A stretch of 63,907 nucleotides of DNA, the filler included, from Pirum gemmata (taxonomy: Eukaryota), in the NCBI GenBank assembly GCA_002812295.1. It is 9 parts of 9 records of this genome, joined end to end, with 100 filler letters (N's around TTAATTAATTAA, not from the genome) between each part and the next. Parts side by side here need not be neighbours in the genome. Positions count along the whole stretch, not along the records: positions 36,192 to 43,588 come from PDIN01000180.1; positions 43,689 to 50,755 come from PDIN01000181.1; positions 50,856 to 57,870 come from PDIN01000182.1; 6 more parts are not named here. One strand, written 5' to 3'. Position 1 is the first letter of the stretch, and every line of letters starts with the position of its first letter. Below, one piece after another: positions 41,884 through 50,889 of the stretch. The translations under genes and the position numbers were made by a program. Under the pieces are notes generated by a model. It was not told where the DNA came from and did not search any database. It was given only the letters and a program-made list of their open reading frames with translations.

Positions 41884-42148
41884 GGGAGCGTTCAATAATT
41901 ACGTAACGCTGGGGGGTAGGTAGGGGGGGCCGGATTTTTGTGACAGGCCATGACGCAGTAGGGGGGTAGNGTAGATTTTCGTAATATGACATAACGCAAA
42001 AAAAAATACCCTATATATAACCTGAGGGGTAATTTAGGGTACTATTTTTTCCAAATCGTTACGTCATAAGGGTGACAGGGCTGTTACACGGGGGTAGTAG
42101 GGTAGGTTTTTGTCCCAAATCGGCGTTACGTAATTATTGAACGCTCCC
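41884..42148. mobile_element. Intact PIF/Harbinger (Tourist-like) MITE, 265 bp
   Basis: Perfect 26-bp TIR GGGAGCGTTCAATAATTACGTAACGC (41884-41909 and 42123-42148) with TTA target duplication (41881-41883, 42149-42151). Confidence 0.9.
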
Positions 42149-42921
42149 TTAGGGTTGGGTTTAACATTTATAGGGTTTATACATTATAGTGCTTTTCAGT
42201 TGTTTTGGCATCATAAAATATATAATAAAGAATACCAAATTAATGCAATAAAATTCATTTCATTTAATTTGGTACTCTTTATTATCTATTTATTCACTTA
42301 ATTGAAAAAGACAATTTGAATATTATAACCAACCAAATAAATATTCTGAGTGACAATATAAATGAAAAGCACGATAACTAATAGGGTCAGGGTTACTGGG
42401 TTAGTACCCATTTGTTTACAAACCATAGACTAGACTATTCACCCAATTTCCCCTTTTAAAATAAAATTCATTTATTTTTTAAAATAATTAAATACTGCGT
42501 AAATTTGTCATCATAAATATATATAATAATATTATTATATTAATAGTACCAAATAAATACAATATAAATCCATTTCATGTACAGTATCAACTTAAAACAA
42601 TATAAATCCATTTCATTTCATTTGGTATATTTTATTATATATTTATTTATTTAAAAGCATCAATTTAAATATTGTAGACTAAACAACCAAATAAATATTT
42701 GGAGTGACTAAATAAATGAAAAGCACAATAGACTACACGAATGTCTTTATGAGCGTACGTTCGCGTATATTTTACATTTTAATAAAAAAATATATTATAC
42801 CATTCAATTCAGTACCATTCAATACAGTTCCTTTTAAAATACTGAACAATATTTGTAAATAGTTAATTAGCTACATGTAATAATTAATTAAACATAATTA
42901 GTAATAGTAGTAGTAGTAGTA

Positions 42922-43017
<96 letters not shown>

Positions 43018-43027
43018 CTAGTAGTAC

Positions 43028-43062
<35 letters not shown>

Positions 43063-43811
43063 TTAATAGTAGTAGTAGTAGTACTAGTACTAGCACTAGT
43101 ACTACTACTAGTAGTAGTAGCAGTTGATAATATACTATAGTACTATATGGAATATTTTCTATATTTATAAACAAGAAAGAGAACTGGGAAATATATCTTT
43201 TTCAAAAAATAAATACATAAATAAATATTAATAAATACATATTATATATATAAATACATAAATACATAAATACATAAATACATAAATACATAAATACATA
43301 AATACATAAATACATATGTCAGTTCATAAGCATCAACGAAGCCATAATCACCTCAATAACAAATTGACGATGTGAACCATATTTTTTTAAAAAACCGCCT
43401 TAGTTTTATAGTCTTAGACTCCTATGAGGCCGAAGACTTGTCTGCATACACAAAACATGTTGCAAACTCAAAGTGCTTCCTGGTAGCTTCCACACTAGAC
43501 TATGTATAATAATAAATATCCAAAACAAATAAATAACGTCTACGATATTACGATATTATATATAGATATATTTAATAATAATAATAATNNNNNNNNNNNN
43601 NNNNNNNNNNNNNNNNNNNNNNNNNNNNNNNNTTAATTAATTAANNNNNNNNNNNNNNNNNNNNNNNNNNNNNNNNNNNNNNNNNNNNATTTTTATTTAT
43701 AATAATTTTTATTTATAATAATATTATATTTATAATAATTTTATAATAATTTTATAATAAATTTATAATAATTTTATAATAAATTTATAATAATTTTTAT
43801 TTATAATTAAT

Positions 43812-44888
43812 TTATTTGTTATTAGTAACAAAAGTAGTAACCAAAGTTATCAATACTCCCATTATAAATGCCGAGGTAGAAACAACAATAATCCACACAG
43901 AATATAGCGGACGATTAAAAAAATAGTATAATATAATAGCCAGCATTGAAATAATTCCTATATTGAGACCTACCAGGATAGATGGTGTATCTTGTAATGT
44001 TTTACTAATTATAGAAAGTGAATATCGATGAGGAGTAAAAGACAGTGTATTAAGTTTATTGAAAGTGTACTTTGGTTGAAATTGCTCAGTAGAATCTAAT
44101 GCCCTTCCACCCACAAAATTTAAGTACGAGTGTTCTAATGGAACTTCGTCTACTTTGGTAGGTAAAAGTATTAATGGGTAATTCTTCATTTTATAACCTT
44201 TACCGGTAGGTTCACTTCCAAATAAGAATAGCCTTAAATTCTTTCCGACTTTGTGATAAAAGGCATGAGAGCCTTTAGCGACATAAAATATAGGTCTTTC
44301 GTTAGGTCTGTCTATTTCTACCTCGCTCCAGGGAATCCAACCATTGTCCCCGTGACTACTTAGAGCCACTTTGAAGGGGACATAATTGTTCAAATCTTCT
44401 TTACTTTGGTCGATTTTAAATCGAATGGTCACCGCTTCGGCATCGTAATAATGAGGTGCTAACGTTCCATTATAACTATAATTATACACATAACTAACAT
44501 CTAAAAATTCTCCTTCGACACTGTGGTCTACTTTGATAATAAACACATACCCAGGTGGTTCTAACGGGAATTCAGATTTGTTAACTTGGTTTCGTTTTAT
44601 AAACCATTCACATCCATACTTTAGCCTTTCGGGTTTGTCTTTCAAGTTTAATCGAAAATTCAAATCCTCCTTTCCTGCTTTACCTCCACTGATATCTAAT
44701 GCAGGGTCAACGCTACCTTGGATTATATCGTTATAATCATTAATTTGATTTAAGATTGGCTGGTTGTTTTTATATAATTTACTTTGAAGAATATAATCAC
44801 GTATATCTACTGGAAAGTATTTTTCATCTTTATGAAAATATAATATAGGTTGATAAATATAGATTAACTCGGAAAAGTTCTTGTTCAT
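43812..44888 (-). CDS. Vps62-related protein with two C-terminal TM helices
   Basis: PILYFHKDEKYFPVDI, YNYSYNG...HYYDAEAVTIRF, SSHG, RPIFYVAKGSHAFY motifs; ATG at 44888 preferred over the GTG of the ORF track. Confidence 0.75.
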   Translation of the reverse strand: MNKNFSELIYIYQPILYFHKDEKYFPVDIRDYILQSKLYKNNQPILNQINDYNDIIQGSVDPALDISGGKAGKEDLNFRLNLKDKPERLKYGCEWFIKRNQVNKSEFPLEPPGYVFIIKVDHSVEGEFLDVSYVYNYSYNGTLAPHYYDAEAVTIRFKIDQSKEDLNNYVPFKVALSSHGDNGWIPWSEVEIDRPNERPIFYVAKGSHAFYHKVGKNLRLFLFGSEPTGKGYKMKNYPLILLPTKVDEVPLEHSYLNFVGGRALDSTEQFQPKYTFNKLNTLSFTPHRYSLSIISKTLQDTPSILVGLNIGIISMLAIILYYFFNRPLYSVWIIVVSTSAFIMGVLITLVTTFVTNNK

Positions 44889-44925
44889 TTTTATTAAATA
44901 AATTTTATTTTTTTTATTAATATTA

Positions 44926-45471
44926 TTATCGCGTTTTAAACAGTTTACGAGCACATTTAGGTACAGTCAATTTGGGAGCAAATTTTTTGTGATGTCGGCG
45001 CTTTATTCTCTTAAATGCTTCTTTGTTATTGAGTAAACTTTTAATTGGTGTTTTAAGTTGGTTATATGTATATTTTTTAAAAGGTGCGTATGAAACTTGT
45101 CCTTGATTATTTTGTCCTTGATTATTTTGTCCTTGATTATTTTGTCCTTGATTATTTTGTCCTTGATTATTTTGTCCTTGATTATTTTGTCCTTGTACTT
45201 GTCCTTCTTGTTGATTTTGTCCTTGATTATTTTGTCCTTGTACTTGTCCTTCTTGTTGATTTTGATTTTGTACTTGTCCTTGTTGATTTTCTTGTTTTTT
45301 TTGTTTTTTTTCTTGTTCTTGTTCTTGTCGAAAGTAAAATGTATTAATTGGGGTCAAGTTTTGGTACTCTTTTTTTTCATGTTGTTCGAATAAAAATTTA
45401 ATTGTTTTATCTTCATATTCATTAGTAAAGAAAGAAGAAGGTTCGAGAACAGAGTCCAAATTAATATTCAT
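44926..45471 (-). CDS. Hypothetical protein with QGQNN repeats and basic C-terminus
   Basis: ATG at 45471 in AAAAATG context; 15-bp repeat units; packed between neighbours on the same strand. Confidence 0.65.
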   Translation of the reverse strand: MNINLDSVLEPSSFFTNEYEDKTIKFLFEQHEKKEYQNLTPINTFYFRQEQEQEKKQKKQENQQGQVQNQNQQEGQVQGQNNQGQNQQEGQVQGQNNQGQNNQGQNNQGQNNQGQNNQGQNNQGQVSYAPFKKYTYNQLKTPIKSLLNNKEAFKRIKRRHHKKFAPKLTVPKCARKLFKTR

Positions 45472-45579
45472 TTTTCTTAATTTTTTTCTTAATTTTTTTC
45501 TTAATTTTTTTCTTAATTTTTTTTTTCTCAATTTTTTTTATTAATTTTTTTTTTTCTTAATTTTTCTTTCTTAAATACT

Positions 45580-46548
45580 TTAACGCCTAGTTGAAAAATA
45601 AAATACTACTATCACTGTAAAAATAAGACTCAATAGTAATATGTCGGCAGCGTTGTTTGTTGATTTTACCGGGTTTGTTGATTTTACCAGGTTTGTTGAT
45701 TTTACCGGATTTGTTGATTTTACCGGATTTGTTGATTTTACCGGATTTGTTGATTTTACCGAGTTTGTTGATTTTACCGAGTTTGTTGATTTTACCGAGG
45801 GATAATAATTATCTATGTAATCCTCGGAAAGGGGATCAACAACATTAAAATATGCATTAGAGTCCAATGATCTCTCCAACCAAAAGAGTGACGTGGCTAC
45901 ATTGGCCCACACACCATAAGTACCAAATCTAGCGCACCCTTTACCCCAACTAACTATTCCAATTAGAATATCCATTCTTGGATTTTCTATTTCAATTACC
46001 AAGGGTCCCCCACTATCACCGGAACAAGCATCTTTACCTTTTTTCCCAGCACAAATTTCCGTGACGGGATGAATGTCTCTAATAGAATCTTGACCATCAT
46101 CATTATTGGCCTCGGCACATGTTTCGTAACTCACTAAATTCAATTCGACTCGTTGTTGCATGTCAGGAATTTTTTCCATTCCTTCTTTTTGTCTTCCGAA
46201 GCCGTAGAGAGTACATGGTAAATGTTCTGGTAAATCTAAACAAGAATTTAATATTACTGTATTATTATTATCAATATTCCTGTCCAACCTGATCAAAGCC
46301 AAGTCATGATCATCACTAAAAGTATAACCAATAATTTCGGCATACTCGAACTCGTCCGGGTTGCTGAGTTTTAACCCACCCACTAAAACAAATAATTCAG
46401 ATGGGTCTGGGGTTTCCTTTTGCAAACAATGTTTAGCACTTAATATTACCGAGGGTGAGATAAGAACCCCCGAACAAAAATGAACCTTTTCATTTTTATA
46501 TTGTATCGAAACCATCCATTGCTTTACTTTATCTTGAATGGTGGACAT
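45580..46548 (-). CDS. Trypsin-like serine protease (S1A) with repeat stalk and C-terminal TM anchor
   Basis: CSGVLI...SAKHC (His), DLALIRL (Asp), DACSGDSGGP (Ser; Asp at S1 pocket), GIVSWGKGCA; about eight VKSTN(P/S/L) repeats; hydrophobic tail. Confidence 0.93.
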   Translation of the reverse strand: MSTIQDKVKQWMVSIQYKNEKVHFCSGVLISPSVILSAKHCLQKETPDPSELFVLVGGLKLSNPDEFEYAEIIGYTFSDDHDLALIRLDRNIDNNNTVILNSCLDLPEHLPCTLYGFGRQKEGMEKIPDMQQRVELNLVSYETCAEANNDDGQDSIRDIHPVTEICAGKKGKDACSGDSGGPLVIEIENPRMDILIGIVSWGKGCARFGTYGVWANVATSLFWLERSLDSNAYFNVVDPLSEDYIDNYYPSVKSTNSVKSTNSVKSTNPVKSTNPVKSTNPVKSTNLVKSTNPVKSTNNAADILLLSLIFTVIVVFYFSTRR

Positions 46549-46638
46549 ATTTTATATTTTATAGATAGTAAAAAAAAAATTTCAAATCAATAAAATATAA
46601 AATAAAATTCAATAAAATTCAATAAAATTCAATAAAAT

Positions 46639-46839
46639 TCAATAAAATTCAATAAAATAATTGGAATTTTTTAATTTTTTTCTTTGTCGAAATTGATGTT
46701 CGTTTACTAATTTGTACTTATGGTCATTGATGTCCAGGACATAATAATATTTTTGACCATTGTTATTGACTTCGGAATACCCGTTTTTCTCACCATTAAT
46801 ATTGGTATAGACACTTTTACTAGAAGAAAAATAATTCAT
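46639..46839 (-). CDS. Small hypothetical protein (66 aa)
   Basis: ATG in TAAATG context; fills the gap in a gene-dense contig. Confidence 0.5.
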   Translation of the reverse strand: MNYFSSSKSVYTNINGEKNGYSEVNNNGQKYYYVLDINDHKYKLVNEHQFRQRKKLKNSNYFIEFY

Positions 46840-46904
46840 TTATTTTTAAAAATAATTCATTTATTTTTAAAAAAATAAAATAATTAAAATAAAAAGAAAA
46901 AAAA

Positions 46905-48320
46905 ATGTTATGTATTCCAAAAAGTTTGTTGGGTTGGTGGAAAAAAAAACAGATTTTAAGGTTCCCTGTGGGGACGATTGAACAAAACAGGGTAGAGGAA
47001 AGATTAGTAGCACATCAAAATTGGTGTTTGGTTTTTGTACCTACACTTACTATTACTTATCTAGGCTATCTTGCTATCACCTATTATTATTTCTATGAAA
47101 ATAATTTGGAAACTTACCGTACTTTATTGGGTTTATTAGCATCCGCGACATTGGGGATCTGTACAGTGCTTTTTACCCTAATATTATTTTTACGACATGA
47201 GCAGGAAATATTAGCCCTACACTCCGGCTTTATTTTATTTTTTGGGTTTTTTAGTATATGTGTTTGCGTTGCCCGAATATTAACGGCGTGGGTTCCCGTG
47301 CCTTTGTCTGGTGATACTATTGGTTCTAAAATTTTGTTCTTTTGGTATACCTTTTTCCAATGTTTTTCTAATCAATGCTCTTTAATAGGATTGTTGGTTA
47401 TCCGACAACAAACATTCTATAGTGTATATACAAAAAATAAACTAACTAGTTCTTTTCTTATGGGAGTGCCATTATATTTATGCATATGTTTATTAATAGC
47501 TTTCAATTTTTTTATTTGTGGGCTTATTAACAATGGGTGTTCCTTGTTAGAAAGCTACATTACTTTTTATTGTATAATGGTAATATTAGGAACATTATTT
47601 GGGTATTATTTGTATTATACCTACCCAGCCAGTATTTGTTTCATACAATTTTGGCCAAATGTTAGAATGTTTATTTTACACAACATAGTACAAATAATCT
47701 TCTTTTTAATCATGATAACGGGTAACAAGTTAAGTGTACCCGTACTAGAGCAATTAGTAGGCATGTATTTTGTACTTTTTATCGTACTAGATACACTCTT
47801 TTGGCCTATAACCAAATGTGTGGCCCGTAAATTCTATCAAGCAAATATATGGCCCGAAATGGACGTTATTGGTCTTAGTTATTCAGCCATTGGTAATAAG
47901 CAAGAATTAATCATACATTTAAGCAGTGATATTTTGTATACGAACTTTTACATGTTTTCTCGCACCTTATTTTGTGAAGAAGGAATCCAATTTCTAAGAC
48001 TCATCCAAAATTGGAAAAATAATAAAGTGGTTCACTACAAAGCCGGTCCTTCCATTTCGGAACCGCCTTTAACAGTGACGTATATTGTTAAGGATTATAT
48101 CGAAAACGACGGTGAATTTTGCTTGAACATTAGTGATAAAACTAGGAATAATACGTTACATTTGTATCAAACTTTAGAACATCCAACTTATGCTATTTTT
48201 GAAGAAGCTTTTAACAATGTTATGAATGATACGTTATTAGGTGTTTTTGAGTCTTATAAAAATAGTGATTTTTATCATAAAACTGTCAATTTTATAAAAA
48301 AGGAAAAAATACTTTTATAG
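46905..48320 (+). CDS. Multi-pass membrane protein with C-terminal RGS domain (7TM-RGS type)
   Basis: About eight hydrophobic segments, then FYMFSRTLFCEEGIQFL...IVKDYIENDGEFCLNISDKTR...IFEEAFNNVM, the RGS box pattern. Confidence 0.85.
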   Translation: MLCIPKSLLGWWKKKQILRFPVGTIEQNRVEERLVAHQNWCLVFVPTLTITYLGYLAITYYYFYENNLETYRTLLGLLASATLGICTVLFTLILFLRHEQEILALHSGFILFFGFFSICVCVARILTAWVPVPLSGDTIGSKILFFWYTFFQCFSNQCSLIGLLVIRQQTFYSVYTKNKLTSSFLMGVPLYLCICLLIAFNFFICGLINNGCSLLESYITFYCIMVILGTLFGYYLYYTYPASICFIQFWPNVRMFILHNIVQIIFFLIMITGNKLSVPVLEQLVGMYFVLFIVLDTLFWPITKCVARKFYQANIWPEMDVIGLSYSAIGNKQELIIHLSSDILYTNFYMFSRTLFCEEGIQFLRLIQNWKNNKVVHYKAGPSISEPPLTVTYIVKDYIENDGEFCLNISDKTRNNTLHLYQTLEHPTYAIFEEAFNNVMNDTLLGVFESYKNSDFYHKTVNFIKKEKILL

Positions 48321-49928
48321 TACGGGAATGGCATGATCAGGTAAAGTTCTGGTTTGTCTAGTCGCACCCTCTTGGTAAGTACCATACGTGGTTAGTTTTG
48401 GTTTTAATACTACTTGTGGATCGTACATGGTAAATGGTTGTTGATTATAAAATCCCCCTTTAGCACTAGATACGGGTTCTTGATAGGCAGTTTTTTGTGT
48501 TATGGCCGAGAATGGTGTTTGCTCAGATGTCGGAGCATGGATAGGGGCAAGGTACGATCCTCCGGTTAAATTTGTTAACCCTTGTGTTGTTGTATATTGT
48601 GATGGGTGGTAGTTTTGTATCGATTTAACTTGAGATCCGTACATGTTTTTACTATCTAACAATGAATCATCGTACCCATGTGTACGGGCAGTATAAGAAA
48701 TATCCGGGTTAAATTTGGGCCGAGAACGTTGAAAGGTATGTTGATTATGGTAATTAGGGTTATGGGCTAACATAGATCCTTCGGCATACTTATTATGTGC
48801 ACTGGTTTTAGAATAATTGGCCAAATCCTTTTGTAATCGAGTTTTTCGCACAACATGATTGATTTGATTAGCATATTCTTCATTATTAGTAATAACGTGT
48901 GCTTTTCCCGAATTTGCCGACGTTTGCGTAGGATTAGTCACCACACACCGTTGAACGTCGTCGGATGCTTCTCTGTTGGTGGAGGCCGAATAGACATAAG
49001 GAGCTTTTATTTGACTACCCAAATTTATTACCTTGGACGGGACCGTGGTATGAACCGCCTTGGAACTATGAACTATGTTTTGTGATGGGTTTTCGTTTTT
49101 ATACTTGAGAGGTTTGGTCTTAGTTTTTATTTGTTTGGCATTAATTACTTTATCATTCGACGTTAAAAAATTACTCAATTTGTGTTCGGGAATAGTGTTG
49201 GTACCATTCCCCCATTCCTTCTGACGTTGTGTAAGTACATTGCGAGCTTTTTTCCGATTTGTTTGTTGTTGGTTAACTAGTTTAAAGATGTTGGAAGGCA
49301 GATTTTCCGCTATATTGTTCTTTTTACCCCGGGTAATATTCCCGGCATTGGCTGCAACGTTAATCTTATTGGCTTGGATAGTTGTTAATTCAAGATGTTT
49401 ATCCGGCTTAACCGCAACTCCATTACTATTCTTTTTTATTTGGGTCCCTACCAAAAAAGCCCGGGTTGGTTGTAAATTGTAAATCTTGCTCATATTTACG
49501 TCAGTTGGTCCTAATTTGATTTTGTGTTGGTAGTCGGGTCGCGATACATTTCCTTCACACGCAGTCACTGGTCGAGTTTGCCGTGACAACGGTAATGTGT
49601 CCGTAGGTTTTTGAACTGTCATACGAAATGCACCATTATCCATGATTTTCCGTGGATTAGAAGCTTCTGATCCTCCACCATTAACATTGGAATAAGAAAC
49701 CTTTACCATGGGATTAATCCCGTGCGCAAATTTACTAATGGCCTCATTGATTCGGTCACCGTTGCTTTCAATCATCTCGTTCTTGTAATGGTCTACTTTT
49801 GGTTTAGCACTCGTGTAATATGACTTGGGTGGATCCTTCATAATAGCTAGGTTGGTTCCAAACCCTTCCGTACTAGGGAAAATTGGTCCCTTACCTTTAT
49901 CAATTATAGCACTAAGAGAAAAACTCAT
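48315..49928 (-). CDS. Conserved hypothetical protein resembling an iridovirus/ascovirus/marseillevirus family
   Basis: N-terminal motifs PSTEGFGTNLAIMKDPPKS, GDRINEAISKFAHGINPMVKVSYSN, GAFR...LPLSRQ match my recollection of that family (GTNxxIxRDPPKS, DRIxEAIxxYARGVNPMVxVSY, GAFRPP...LPLSR); ATG at 49928. Confidence 0.65.
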   Translation of the reverse strand: MSFSLSAIIDKGKGPIFPSTEGFGTNLAIMKDPPKSYYTSAKPKVDHYKNEMIESNGDRINEAISKFAHGINPMVKVSYSNVNGGGSEASNPRKIMDNGAFRMTVQKPTDTLPLSRQTRPVTACEGNVSRPDYQHKIKLGPTDVNMSKIYNLQPTRAFLVGTQIKKNSNGVAVKPDKHLELTTIQANKINVAANAGNITRGKKNNIAENLPSNIFKLVNQQQTNRKKARNVLTQRQKEWGNGTNTIPEHKLSNFLTSNDKVINAKQIKTKTKPLKYKNENPSQNIVHSSKAVHTTVPSKVINLGSQIKAPYVYSASTNREASDDVQRCVVTNPTQTSANSGKAHVITNNEEYANQINHVVRKTRLQKDLANYSKTSAHNKYAEGSMLAHNPNYHNQHTFQRSRPKFNPDISYTARTHGYDDSLLDSKNMYGSQVKSIQNYHPSQYTTTQGLTNLTGGSYLAPIHAPTSEQTPFSAITQKTAYQEPVSSAKGGFYNQQPFTMYDPQVVLKPKLTTYGTYQEGATRQTRTLPDHAIPVL

Positions 49929-49989
49929 TTTTATTTGTGACAACTTTTTTTTTTATCAATTTAAAAAAAAGTATACGTTTTCTAAAACA

Positions 49990-50127
49990 ATGAGTTTATT
50001 TGTAAACAAAAAACAAAATATACGTAAAAAATTACTAAATTATTTACAGGAACCAGTACCATTGGAACCAATGTCCTTGAACTCGCACATGAATAAAAAT
50101 GTATCCAACCATCATTATTCTAATCAT

Positions 50128-50184
<57 letters not shown>

Positions 50185-50755
50185 GACCAAATTCTATCGA
50201 ACTTAAACAAACCTAGGCAGAACAATGTTTCGTTTACTCCTTCTAATGGGAAATTCCAAATAAATAAAGCGTTTGGTATTAGTAAACTTGACTCTAATGA
50301 AAATTTAGATCCTGACCTCCCTACTAATGAAAGCTTTTCTACAAAGACAACTCATAATCCAATTGACTCTGATTTTTTTGTAAAATCTGAAGATAAAGAA
50401 ACATCGGAAGTTGATAACGATTATTACGATAACGATACATCGGAAGTTGATGACGATTATTACGCTAGAGTCAAGTTATTAAATAGTTTAATAGGTAACA
50501 AGGGTAACAAGGGTAACAAGGGTAACAAGGATAACAAGGATAACAAGGATAACAAGGATAACAAGGATAACAAGGATAACAAGGATAACAAGGATAACAA
50601 GGATAACAAGGATAATGATATCAAGGATAACAAGGAGAACAAGGATAATGATAACAAGGATGTTAATAATGTTTATAGTGATAAGGATAGTGATAGTGAT
50701 GATTATAAGGATAAGGATGATTATAAGGATGATTATAAGGATGATTATAAGGATG
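49990..50755 (+). CDS. Hypothetical N/D/K-rich low-complexity protein, 3'-truncated
   Basis: ATG at 49990, 61 bp from the divergent neighbour; (NKD)n repeats; runs into the linker. Confidence 0.6.
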
Positions 50756-50855
50756 NNNNNNNNNNNNNNNNNNNNNNNNNNNNNNNNNNNNNNNNNNNNT
50801 TAATTAATTAANNNNNNNNNNNNNNNNNNNNNNNNNNNNNNNNNNNNNNNNNNNN

Positions 50856-50889
<34 letters not shown>

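Larger units (their letters stand above)
43689..50755. other. Giant-virus-like (Nucleocytoviricota, possibly Pimascovirales) contig
   Basis: Seven intronless ORFs, spacers of about 110 bp or less, convergent overlap at 48315-48320, A-rich ATG contexts, no MITEs or (TAGC)n, one ORF resembling an irido/marseillevirus family; no MCP, PolB or A32 present. Confidence 0.65.
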
